This document shows positions 1 through 8,415 of a stretch of 32,000 bases of DNA, in pieces. Made by a program: the position numbers and the translations under genes. Every line of letters begins with the position of its first letter. Position 1 is the first letter of the stretch. The notes below the pieces were generated by a model that was given only the letters and a program-made list of their open reading frames with translations, did no database searches and was not told the DNA's origin. The DNA comes from Candidatus Saccharimonadota bacterium (GTDB lineage: Bacteria > Bacillota_I > Bacilli_A > Mycoplasmatales > Hepatoplasmataceae), in the NCBI RefSeq assembly GCF_000582535.1, contig NZ_CP006932.1:360001-392000 (forward strand), in the 5' to 3' direction.

Positions 1-912
1 TTTTTTGATAGATTATCTGTAAGAAAATTGACTTTCTATAATTTAGATAAATATTTTAATAATTATCTTCATACAATAAAAATTATGACTTTAGATCCAA
101 AAGATGTTGATCAAGAAGTATTGGATATTTTAAATACAAATAAAATTAAAATTTTTGCCGGACATACAAAAGCAGAAAAAAAAGACATAATGGGAAAATC
201 TATTAATGGAATAACACATTTTAATCATGCAATGATTAAACTTGGGGAAAAAAATGATAGTTTGGCAAAATATGGACTTAAGAATAAAAAAATATATATT
301 GAATTTATAAATGATGGGATTCATAATAGTTTTCGAGAAACTAAAAAAATTTACAAGAAAAAAGATAAGAAACATTTAATATTAATTACTGATTCTTTAC
401 ATGTAAAAGGATTAGAAGATGGAGAATATGTAATTTTTAATCGTTACTTTGAAAAAAAGGATGATGCAGTATATAATAACCATGGACAAATTGTTGGTTC
501 TGTGCACACAATGCTTAATGCTTTTAAATATTGACGATTATTAGGAGCATCCCTTGAAAAATGTATTTATGCAACATCAACAAATGCTGCAGAATTATTA
601 AATTTAAATAAAGGAAAAATAAAAAAAGGCTATGATGCTGATATTTTAATTTTAAATCGGAAAGATTTTGCAATTAAAAATGTTTATGTTGGAGGAAAAG
701 AATTAGAAACAAAAAAAGAAAAAATAAAAAGAGAGGCAAAAGAAGAAGAAATTGAAAAACAACATAAAGAAGAAAAAGATGTTGAAAGTATCCCAATTAA
801 AAAACTTTTAAGAGAATATTCAAAAGAAGAGAAAAAATTAACAGATCGAATTGAAAAAGAAAAAAAAGGAGAAAATATTAAAAAAGATCAAAAAGATGAA
901 AATAATTCGTAG
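1..912 (+). CDS. nagA: N-acetylglucosamine-6-phosphate deacetylase, C-terminal part (5' end outside the window), carrying a Lys/Glu-rich C-terminal tail
   Basis: Frame 1 is open from nt 1. It shows the amidohydrolase/NagA motifs FAGHTKA, ITHFNHAM, LITDS and GYDADILIL. The track ORF ends at TGA 535-537, which reads as Trp (..FKYWRLLGASLEK..). I translated 481-912 codon by codon; the true stop is TAG 910-912. Confidence 0.8.
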
Positions 913-1573
913 TGAGACGAATCAAATATTAGATATCATTTCTACTAAAGTCATAAATATAATAAAAGAAAAAGAAGATGCTAATTTACTGATTACTTCT
1001 GAAAAAGAATTAATAAGTCTCTATCAACAAATTGTAAATAAATATCAAAATCAAATAATTAGTTTTGTTCAATCTAAAGTTTTTATTTTAAGTGAATATA
1101 TAAATTCAATTCAAGAAAAAGTAGATTCATTAAATAAAATAATTGATAATAATTTAATTAAAAAAATCGATATCAAACAAGAAAATTTTCATTTTCCAAA
1201 AGATGTTTATTCTTATAATCAAATTATTAATAACATTTCCTTTTTTGATTTTACTTTACTTTATTTAGATGACGATTTTAAAATTTCTTTTAATCACTTA
1301 GATGGAAAATTAATTAATCAAACTAAAATAATTGGATTATCTGATCGTTCAATTAGAAACAGATTTAAAGAAGAAAAAGACCATCCACATCTTGCAATTA
1401 CAATGGGAATAAAAGATATTTTTTATAAAAGTAAGGAAATAAATCTTTTAATATTAGGAAATAATAAAAAGCAAATTTTAAATAAAATAGAAAATAAGAA
1501 AAAAAATGATTCTTTATTTCTTAAATTTTTATTGAACCATCAAAATATTACAATATTTACTGATATAAGATAA
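896..1573 (+). CDS. Glucosamine-6-phosphate deaminase (NagB) homolog with degenerate active-site motifs
   Basis: It is collinear with NagB: IKEKEDANLL.. matches IKEKPDAVLGLATGGTP, ISFVQSKVFILSEY matches LSF..NLDEY, and HLAITMGIKDI..INLLILG matches ALTMGI..ILLL.SG. The GxxTGxTP, DEY Asp and GIGxxGHIxFNEP motifs are replaced. ATG 896 overlaps the nagA stop, and an alternative TTG start lies at 851. The stop is TAA 1571-1573. Confidence 0.6.
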   Translation: MKIIRSETNQILDIISTKVINIIKEKEDANLLITSEKELISLYQQIVNKYQNQIISFVQSKVFILSEYINSIQEKVDSLNKIIDNNLIKKIDIKQENFHFPKDVYSYNQIINNISFFDFTLLYLDDDFKISFNHLDGKLINQTKIIGLSDRSIRNRFKEEKDHPHLAITMGIKDIFYKSKEINLLILGNNKKQILNKIENKKKNDSLFLKFLLNHQNITIFTDIR

Positions 1574-1590
1574 TATAGTTTGTGATTAAT

Positions 1591-1923
1591 ATGGAAAATT
1601 ATAATAAAAATAATTATAAATTAAGTATAGAAACAAATAATTTTCAAAGTGAAAAACCTGATTTAATAGTTTTATTTTGTTTGAAAGAATTTAAAAATGA
1701 AATTAAAGAAATTGATAAAAAGTTTCACTCATTTATTCATTGATATGATGAAAAATTTAAGAAAATTTATGAAATCAAAAAAAATTTTAACGAATTTTTA
1801 AAATTAAAAAATTCAAGTGAGAATAATTCAATTTTATATAGCGGATTGGAAAATAAAATAGATAAATATAGTAAAAAAATAAATAAATATAAAAAAGAGT
1901 ATCAAGATATTTTTTTTAACTAA
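1591..1923 (+). CDS. Hypothetical 110-aa protein, Lys/Glu/Asn-rich and probably helical
   Basis: ATG 1591 lies 17 nt after the nagB-like stop. One in-frame TGA (1741) reads as Trp (FIHWYDEKF). The stop is TAA 1921-1923. No family was recognised. Confidence 0.45.
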
Positions 1924-1957
1924 AATTAGAATAAAAAGAGAAGGGGGAGTTAGATTA

Positions 1958-2053
1958 TTATCAATAGTGGGATATAATTTGAAAACAGATGGTTCAATTC
2001 CTTTTAAAAGAATAATATTTCATATTTATCCAATAGTATTCGATAATTTTCAT
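1958..2053 (-). CDS. Candidate 31-codon ORF directly downstream of the Panacea-domain gene (MKIIEYYWINMKYYSFKRNWTICFQIISHYW)
   Basis: ATG 2053 lies 12 nt after the upstream TAA on the same strand. It has two TGA Trp codons and stops at TAA 1958-1960. There is no Shine-Dalgarno sequence and no homology evidence, so it could be a chance ORF. Confidence 0.15.
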
Positions 2054-2065
2054 AATAAATAAAAT

Positions 2066-2506
2066 TTAATATAATTTTTCGAAAAAATCTTTAATTTCAT
2101 TATTGTCAATTTTTTTAGGATCTTTATCTGAATTAAAATTTTTAATTCAAGGTGTTGTTAAATGAGATTGTTCAATCAAAAATCAAATTTCATAAACTAA
2201 TAATTTGTTAATTTTATCTTTGATGAATTCTTTTTTTTCTTCATTAAAAATTATTTTGCTTTCAATAATTTTTTTATTTATACGATAATTAATTTCAATA
2301 GGACCATATTTTCAAGCTTCAAAATCAGCAGCAAAAAGCTCTTCTTGATATTTTTTTCAAAAATATCCATAAACAAAATACAATATTTTATGGATTTGTA
2401 ATTCACTAACTTTAATTTCTTCTTTATTTTTTTCACTTTTATTAAATTCTCTAATATTTTTGTTAAGTTTTAAATGTATTTTTTTAATTTCATTTACTAA
2501 ATCCAT
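2066..2506 (-). CDS. DUF4065 / Panacea-domain protein (SocA/GepA-like putative antitoxin)
   Basis: 146 aa after joining across 4 TGA codons. The core LQIHKILYFVYGYFWKKYQEELFAADFEAWKYGPI matches the DUF4065 signature (KLQKLLYy..g......LF...feAW..GPV). Start is ATG 2506 and stop is TAA 2066-2068. Confidence 0.65.
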
Positions 2507-2542
2507 GATTTAACCTTTAATAATATATTTAATATTAAATTT

Positions 2543-2551
2543 ATTATAACA
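2543..2551 (-). promoter_or_regulatory. Extended -10 element (TGTTATAAT) upstream of the Panacea-domain gene
   Basis: The minus strand reads ATTGTTATAATAA, a perfect TGnTATAAT, about 40 nt upstream of ATG 2506 and just past the rplQ terminator. TATAAT-like strings are common in this A+T-rich DNA. Confidence 0.4.
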
Positions 2552-2576
2552 ATTAATTAAATTCTTATTTTTTTTT

Positions 2577-2601
2577 AAAAAAAAACCTTATAAAGGTTTT
2601 T
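2577..2601 (-). terminator. Rho-independent terminator after rplQ
   Basis: The stem aaaaacctt (2581-2589) pairs with aaggttttt (2593-2601) around a 3-nt loop. On the minus strand it is followed by a T-run, and it sits about 40 nt after the rplQ stop. Confidence 0.65.
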
Positions 2602-2641
2602 ATATTTTTATTTTTGAAATCTTTTTATTCTATTTATATTC

Positions 2642-3025
2642 TTAAGTAAATATAATTATTGAAATTGGAGAATTATCTCCCTTTCGATTTCCATATTTTA
2701 AAACTCTTGTATATCCACCATTACGATCTTTATATTTTGGTGCAATATCTTCGAATAATTTTTGCAATACTGTTTTTTCTTTTTTATTTACAGTAACTTT
2801 TACATTTCTAAGAACTTTTGCAACTTCTCGTCTTCCATGTAAATCATCTCTTTTTGCAATAGTAATTAAATGATCCATTCTTTTTTGTAATTCTTTTGCT
2901 TTTCGATGATTTGTAACTAACTTCTCATGAATTATAAGATCAGTAAGTTGATTTCTTTCGATTCTTTCAGTTCGCGCAAAATCATGAACATTTGATTGTC
3001 TTTGTGCAGGATTTTTATTAGCCAT
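2642..3025 (-). CDS. rplQ: 50S ribosomal protein L17
   Basis: 127-aa ORF with an L17-like sequence (HRKAKELQKRMDHLITIAKRDDLHGRREV..GGYTRVLK). It is the last gene after rpoA, as in the canonical alpha operon. Confidence 0.9.
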   Translation of the reverse strand: MANKNPAQRQSNVHDFARTERIERNQLTDLIIHEKLVTNHRKAKELQKRMDHLITIAKRDDLHGRREVAKVLRNVKVTVNKKEKTVLQKLFEDIAPKYKDRNGGYTRVLKYGNRKGDNSPISIIIFT

Positions 3026-3049
3026 CTTAAATTCTTAATAAATTCCTTT

Positions 3050-4027
3050 CTATTCTGATTTAAATGAAAGACCAAGATCTTGAATTGATTGGATAATTTC
3101 ATTTTTAGATTTATCACCTAAATTTTTAATTGCTTGTAAAGATGAAACAGGACGATCGATTAATTCTTCTACTGTAGAGATTCCCGCTGCCTTTAAAGCA
3201 TTTTCAGATCTTACAGAAAGATTTAAATTTTCAATAGACATTTGTAAATGTGAATCAATTTCTTCTTCTTCAATTTCTTCAACAAATTGTTTAGTAAGAT
3301 CTACTTCTTCAAGATTATCAAAAGCTTTGAAATAATTTTTTAAGATTGAGCCGGCAAAGGCAACAACTTTTTCTGGAAGAATATTTCCTTTTGTTTCAAC
3401 TTCTAATGTTAGTTCTTCAAATACTCTAGATTCTCCAGGATTTACATCACTGATTCGGATATTTACTCTTTCGATTGGAGAATAATTAGAATCAATTGCA
3501 ATTATATTACTTAATCCACCTAATGCTTCTTTTACAAAAATACGATTTTCTTCAAATGTTTTAAAACCTTTTGAATAAGCAACATAAATTGTCATATTCA
3601 TTTTTGCTTTTCCAACCATATTTGCAATTACTAAATCGCTATTAATAATTTTAAATCCTATCGGTGCTTCAATATCACCAGCGGTAACTACTTCTCCTCG
3701 TTGATTAATTGTAAATTTATAAATTTCATCAACATTAATTAAATTTTCATCTACTTCAATTATTAAATTTTTTAAATTTAAAACAATTTCAACAATATCT
3801 TCTTTAGTATCAGCAAAAGCTTGAAATTCATGATTTACACCTTCAATACTAATTGCAAAAGGAGCAATTCCAGGAATTGATGATAAAATTGTTCTTCTAA
3901 GAGCAACACCTATTGTATTACCAAAACCACGTTCTAATTTTTTAACAACAAACTTTGCAACATTAGAAGTTCTTTCCTCTTCAACTTTAATAATTTTTTG
4001 AAAAGTGGGTTTTAAAAATTTTTCCAT
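3050..4027 (-). CDS. rpoA: DNA-directed RNA polymerase subunit alpha
   Basis: 325 aa containing LERGFGNTIGVALRRTILSSIPG and the C-terminal domain LNLSVRSENALKAAGISTVEELI. The stop is TAG 3050-3052. Confidence 0.95.
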   Translation of the reverse strand: MEKFLKPTFQKIIKVEEERTSNVAKFVVKKLERGFGNTIGVALRRTILSSIPGIAPFAISIEGVNHEFQAFADTKEDIVEIVLNLKNLIIEVDENLINVDEIYKFTINQRGEVVTAGDIEAPIGFKIINSDLVIANMVGKAKMNMTIYVAYSKGFKTFEENRIFVKEALGGLSNIIAIDSNYSPIERVNIRISDVNPGESRVFEELTLEVETKGNILPEKVVAFAGSILKNYFKAFDNLEEVDLTKQFVEEIEEEEIDSHLQMSIENLNLSVRSENALKAAGISTVEELIDRPVSSLQAIKNLGDKSKNEIIQSIQDLGLSFKSE

Positions 4028-4040
4028 ATTTCCATCCTTA

Positions 4041-4436
4041 TTATCTTCTACGAAATTTTTTTGGTTTTTTTACACCATTATGAGGAATTGGTGTGACATT
4101 TTTAATATCTGAAACCTCAATATTTGACGCTTGAAATTGTCTAAGAGCTGAATCTTTTCCTGGTCCAACTCCTTTAATTCTTATTGAAATAGTTTTAACA
4201 CCATTATCAATTGCTGATTTTGTAACTGCTTGAGCAACAAGCTGTGCTGCATAAGGTGTTGATTTTTTTGCTCCCTTAAATCCAATTGCACCAGCAGAAG
4301 ATCAGCATATTGTATCTCCCTTTGCATCAGTAATTGTAATAATTGTATTATTAAATGTTGAATGAATATTTGCAATTGCAGAAGGAATATTTTTTTTAAC
4401 TTTTTTGCGTTTTGTAACTTTTTTTGCTTGAGCCAT
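4041..4436 (-). CDS. rpsK: 30S ribosomal protein S11
   Basis: Absent from the track because of an internal TGA. Hand translation gives [71 protein letters not shown], ending at TAA 4041-4043. Confidence 0.9.
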
Positions 4437-4454
4437 CTTAAAATATTCTCCTAT

Positions 4455-4829
4455 CTATTTTTTAACTTTCTTTTTATTAGCAACAGTTTTTCTTGGACCT
4501 TTACGTGTACGGGCGTTTTGTTTTGAAGATTGACCTCTTACTGGTAAACCTTGACGATGACGCATTCCACGGTAAGTTTTAATTTCCATTAAACGCTTAA
4601 TATTTAATTGTGTTTCTCTTCGTAAATCACCTTCTGTAATATATTTTGCTGCTTCTTTACGAATTTTTCTTAATTCTTCCTCTGATAAATCTTTTACTTT
4701 CTTTTCTGGATCAATATTTGCATCAAGACAAATTTTTTTTCCAGTTGACATTCCGATTCCAAAAATATATGTAAGTGAAACTCTAACTGCTTTATTATCA
4801 GGAATTTCTATATTTAAAATACGAGCCAT
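4455..4829 (-). CDS. rpsM: 30S ribosomal protein S13
   Basis: 124 aa: [27 protein letters not shown]. Confidence 0.95.
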   Translation of the reverse strand: MARILNIEIPDNKAVRVSLTYIFGIGMSTGKKICLDANIDPEKKVKDLSEEELRKIRKEAAKYITEGDLRRETQLNIKRLMEIKTYRGMRHRQGLPVRGQSSKQNARTRKGPRKTVANKKKVKK

Positions 4830-4854
4830 TTATTACCTTTCTCTTCCTCTATCT

Positions 4855-4968
4855 TTATCCTTGGCGTTGGCGATGCTTTGGATTTTTACAAATAACTTGT
4901 AACTTTCCTTTTCTTTTAATAACTTGGCATTGGTTACAAATAGGTTTGACAGAACTTCTAACTTTCAT
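4855..4968 (-). CDS. rpmJ: 50S ribosomal protein L36
   Basis: The 37-aa sequence [37 protein letters not shown] is preceded by GGAGG. It is too short to appear in the track. Confidence 0.9.
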   Translation of the reverse strand: MKVRSSVKPICNQCQVIKRKGKLQVICKNPKHRQRQG

Positions 4969-5052
4969 CTTATGCCTCCATCTATAAAACTTTATATTAA
5001 TAGTTGGATAAATTTAATATTAGTTATCTTCAACTACTAATATAGTTTTAAT

Positions 5053-5079
5053 AAAAAAGTATGTTTATAACAAACATAC
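5053..5079 (-). terminator. Rho-independent terminator between infA and rpmJ
   Basis: The minus strand reads GTATGTTT-GTTAT-AAACATAC followed by TTTTTT. The stem spans 5059-5066 and 5072-5079. Confidence 0.55.
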
Positions 5080-5114
5080 AATATTATTTTAACATATATT
5101 ACTATATATATTAT

Positions 5115-5134
5115 GTTTTATCTATAGATAAAAC
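5115..5134. repeat. Perfect 20-nt palindrome abutting the infA stop codon
   Basis: gttttatcta/tagataaaac is self-complementary over all 20 nt. Its last base is shared with the infA TAG (5134-5136). Confidence 0.7.
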
Positions 5135-5364
5135 TATTTTGTTCAACCACGATAAACAATTACACCTTTTGATAAATCATAAGGTGTAATTCTTACCATT
5201 ACTCTATCACCATTTACCATTTTAATATAATTTGTACGAATCTTACCAGAAGGACGACAGTGAACTAGATGATTATTTTCTTCGAGTTTCACACGAAATT
5301 CTCCTTTTGGTAAAACCGCATCAATATAACCTTTAACAACGAATTCTTCCATGTTATTAGACAA
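5134..5364 (-). CDS. infA: Translation initiation factor IF-1
   Basis: The sequence ..FRVKLEENNHLVHCRPSGKIR..ITPYDLSKGVIVYRG is IF-1-like. The TTG start at 5364 lies 9 nt after AAGGAG. The track stop (TGA 5143-5145) reads as Trp, giving ..YRGWTK and a true stop at TAG 5134-5136. Confidence 0.9.
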
Positions 5365-6103
5365 TTATTTTTGCTCCTTTTTTTGTTACTAAAATTGTAT
5401 GCTCAATATGACAAGCTTTCCCTTTATGTTTTGTATAAACGGTTCATTTATCAAAAGGATCTACAAATAATTGATCTTTCCCTCTAATAATTATAGGTTC
5501 AACACAAAATGTCATTCCTGCTTTTAATTCTAAACCTGTTCCTTTTTTACCTTTATTAGGAAAAACAGGTTCTTCTCATAAATTTTCACCGATAAAATGA
5601 CCAACATATTCTGATGAAATACTATACTCTTTAAACTTTTTAAAAAATGTCTCTATTATATTTGAAATATCACCAATTTTTTTTCCAGGTTTAATTGCTT
5701 TTATTGCAAGATTTAGTGATTCATCTGTAAGATCAATTAATTTTTGATCTTCTGGAGAAATTTTGCCAACAGCAAAAGTTCTAGCTGCATCAACACACAT
5801 TTTATTATATTTTGCTCCAACATCAATTGTAATAATATCTCCTTCTTTTAATTTATTATCATTAGGAATTCCATGTACAACAATATTATTTGGAGAAGCA
5901 CAAATTGTATTAGGAAATCCTTCGTGATTCAAAAATAAAGGAATAGCATTAGCTTTTATAATAATATCATAAGCTAATTTATCAAGTTCAATTGATGTAA
6001 TTCCTGGTTTTATTTTCTTTTCAATTTGCAAAAAGACATCTTTAATAATCTTTCCTGCAATCTCGAGATCTTTTATTTCTTCTACTGTCTTTAATTTTGA
6101 CAT
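5357..6103 (-). CDS. map: Type I methionine aminopeptidase
   Basis: The track ORF 5576..6103 continues through TGA 5576 (..GENLWEEPVFPN..AGMTFCVEPI..HIEHTILVTKKGAKIIV). The stop TAA 5357-5359 overlaps the infA start by 8 nt. Confidence 0.9.
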
Positions 6104-6747
6104 TTTTCAAAAACTTTCTTATATACTTCCTCTGAACTATCATTTACATCTACATTAATTAAAATATCACGATTAGTAAAATATTTGATTAAAGGTTTTG
6201 TTTCTTTATTATAAATTTCTAATCTTTTCTTGATACTTTTAATTTTATCATCCTCACGTTGAATTAATTTTGTCCCATCATCATCACAATATCATTCTTT
6301 TTGAGGTTTTAATTCAAAAAAGATTTTATGATAACTTTTACCACATTTAGGACATATAAGTCTATTTGTTAATCGTTCAATTATAACACTTTCAGGTAAT
6401 TTAAAATTAATTACTGAGATTTTTAAATCTTTATAATGTCTATTAAAATATTCTAAAAGAATTTCTGCTTGATTTATATTTCTTGGATATCCATCTAAAA
6501 TAATATTATCTTTTTTAAGATTATACTTTTCAAGATCTTCTAATAAAACTTTAAATGTAAGTTGATCATCGACAAGTTCACCTTTTTTTAATATATCGCG
6601 AACTTTTTTTGCTATTTGTGTATTTCGCTTTGTAATATTTCTAAAAATATTTCCTGTAGATAGATGCTTATAATTACAATTTTTTTTCAAAAGATATGAA
6701 ACTGTTCCTTTTCCTGTTCCTGGTGCACCTAAAAATATATTAATCAT
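6091..6747 (-). CDS. adk: Adenylate kinase
   Basis: It has the P-loop GAPGTGKGT and the zinc lid CPKCGKSYH..WYCDDDGTKLIQREDD, joined across TGA 6292. The stop TAA 6091-6093 overlaps the map start. Confidence 0.9.
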
Positions 6748-6768
6748 TTATATTGTTCCTTTTTTGAT

Positions 6769-8145
6769 TTATAATAATCAATCATCTTCTTGTTCTTTTT
6801 TATTTCGTTTTTTATTATCAACATCCTTATTAATTTTATAAGATTTATCTAAATTTGCTGTAACTTTTGCATGTGTTTTTGTTTGTTCTGCAAGAATTCT
6901 TGATTTTATTTGATCTGTTGTATCAATTCCGACCGATACAAGAATAATAAGTCCCGTTCCTCCCAGAGCAGCGGATTGTGAAATTCCAAAGAAAGTAAGA
7001 ATAAACGGAAGCGTAGCAATAAAAGCAAGTAAAAAAGCTCCATACGTGGAAACTGAATTAACCGTTCGTACAAGATATTTTTCTGTTTCTTTTCCTGGTT
7101 TTATCCCCACAATAAATGTTGATGATTTCTGAAAGTTTTTGGCCGTTTCTTCTGGATTTATATTAATTTGTGCATAAAAATAAGTAAAAGCAATAATTAA
7201 CAATCCATATAAAGTTAATCCTAATGCAGAGGTTAAAGAAAAATTAATGATCACTCATTCTTTAAAAGCCGAATCAGGAAAAAATTGTGCAATTGTAGGA
7301 GGAAGAGTAATAATTGCTGATGCAAAAATTACAGGAACTACTCCTGCTGGATTTATTTTTAAAGGAAGATATGTTTGTTTATCTTCTTCTAAATTAAGTC
7401 CTTTTCCTGTTTGTTGAATTGGAATTCTTCTTTCTGAAATTTCAAAAAAGGAAAGTAAGAAAACAAAAAGAATAGCAACAGCAAGATAAAATAAGAAAAG
7501 AATAAATCCTGTAAATACAAATGAATCATCATTAATAAATAAACCTCAAATATTTTCAAATTTATAAGGAATTCTTGCAACTATTCCTGTTGCAATCAAA
7601 AGCGATGTTCCATTTCCTACACCTCTCATTGTTATTTCATCTGCAATCCAAATTGAAATCATCGATCCAGTTACCATAATAAGAACTGCAAATAAAATCA
7701 TTGCTCATTCCGATTCAAATAATGTTCCTTGCTCAATATAACCGGCCGAATTCATCGCAAAAACAATTGCAAAACCTTGAATAATTGCAATAAAAATTGT
7801 AACTATCCTCGTAATTTTCTCTATTTTTATTCGACCCTTTTCACCTTGTTTATTAAGTCTTGTAAGATAAGGAATTACATCAGCTGATAATAATTGAATG
7901 ATAATTGAAGCTGTAATATAAGGAGTTACTCCCAAAGCAAAAATTGAAAAAGTAAGTAATCCACCTCCACCTATAATATTTAATAATGATAAAAATTGTG
8001 AATTTGTATCACCTGCAAAATCATTATTAGTAACTGTAACACCAGGAATTGTAATAAGAGTTCCTAATCTAAAAAGCAAAATGAATATTAAGGTAATTAA
8101 TATTCTTTTTAAAATCTTTCAGTTTGTAAAAATTTCTCTTATCAC
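6769..8145 (-). CDS. secY: Preprotein translocase subunit SecY
   Basis: Track pieces 6778..7254 and 7705..8079 plus the intervening sequence are in one frame with TGA as Trp (..FRLGTLITIPGV..LLTFSIFALGVTPYITASIIIQLL..GVGNGTSLLI..). I propose the GTG start at 8145 because an in-frame TAA lies at 8179-8181. The stop is TAA 6769-6771, after TGA 6778. The start codon is uncertain. Confidence 0.85.
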
Positions 8146-8159
8146 ACTAATAATATTTA

Positions 8160-8342
8160 TTAATAAACTATTAGATAATTATTACTTTCAAACAATGGCC
8201 CTTGATTGTTATTAGAATTATTATTATCCTTTTCGTCTATTTTTTTCATCAATAAAACAGATGAAATTTCTTTCTCTTCTTCTTTTTGTTTCAAAAACTG
8301 TTCCTTAGCTTTTAGATGAATTAATTTGTTTTTATCATTCAT
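8160..8342 (-). CDS. Hypothetical 60-aa Lys/Glu/Asn-rich protein immediately upstream of secY
   Basis: This ATG..TAA ORF ends 14 nt before the proposed secY start, in the position normally held by rplO. It shows no similarity to L15 or L30 and may not be a real gene. Confidence 0.3.
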   Translation of the reverse strand: MNDKNKLIHLKAKEQFLKQKEEEKEISSVLLMKKIDEKDNNNSNNNQGPLFESNNYLIVY

Positions 8343-8415
8343 ACATAATAATTATAATAAGAATTTTATTATAATTATACATATAAATTTATTAAATTTA
8401 AATATTAATAAAAAG

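Noticed and set aside
130-375. Antisense or out-of-frame ORFs in the supplied track: 130..375, 2932..3117, 4181..4375, 7389..7580, 8838..9038, 11398..11634, 11824..12018, 13650..13841, 15519..15740, 16075..16377, 19401..19583, 23293..23499, 25131..25355, 26495..26719, 26794..26997, 30721..30960 and 30805..31020.
   Set aside because: Each lies inside, and out of phase with or antisense to, a well-supported conserved gene. Their products are low-complexity Leu/Ile/Phe/Gln-rich strings, as expected from A+T-rich DNA. For example, 4181..4375 is simply the wrong frame of rpsK.
851-895. The Lys-rich N-terminal extension (MKKKKKEKILKKIKK) of the nagB-like ORF, as drawn in the track from TTG 851.
   Set aside because: This stretch is the alternative frame of the nagA KE-rich tail. 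ATG 896 (MKIIRSE..) aligns with the normal NagB N-terminus (MKxI..), so the longer start is unlikely.
1937-1949. The G-rich string agaagggggag, which looks like a very strong Shine-Dalgarno sequence and is unusual in this A+T-rich DNA.
   Set aside because: No usable start codon with a meaningful ORF follows within 4-12 nt; the best option is a 7-codon ATT ORF. It lies in the 3' region between convergent genes, and its function, if any, is unknown.
1988-2005. A tRNA-like T-loop string (gatggttcaattccttt), possibly a tRNA gene or an att-site remnant.
   Set aside because: The putative T-stem has a mismatch. No complementary acceptor strand exists about 50-65 nt upstream. No D-arm or anticodon arm could be drawn.
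2010-2041. An imperfect hairpin, gaataatatt-N12-aatagtattc, as a possible terminator for the convergent genes.
   Set aside because: It is A+T-only, with one mismatch and a 12-nt loop. It has no convincing T-run, and it overlaps the candidate 31-codon ORF.
8185-8210. The peptide QGPLFES in the 60-aa ORF resembles QGTLFES in SecY (around 7710-7730), hinting at a duplicated secY fragment.
   Set aside because: Only about 7 residues (about 20 nt, with mismatches) are similar, and no flanking similarity exists. That is too short to distinguish from chance.
8343-8415. A promoter call for the secY operon (several TATAAT strings and a TGTATAAT).
   Set aside because: The TG is directly adjacent to the hexamer rather than in the TGnTATAAT register. 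Multiple equally good TATAAT matches exist in this A+T-only spacer, so no single site can be supported. The TATAAT at 11319-11324 upstream of rpoD has the same problem.
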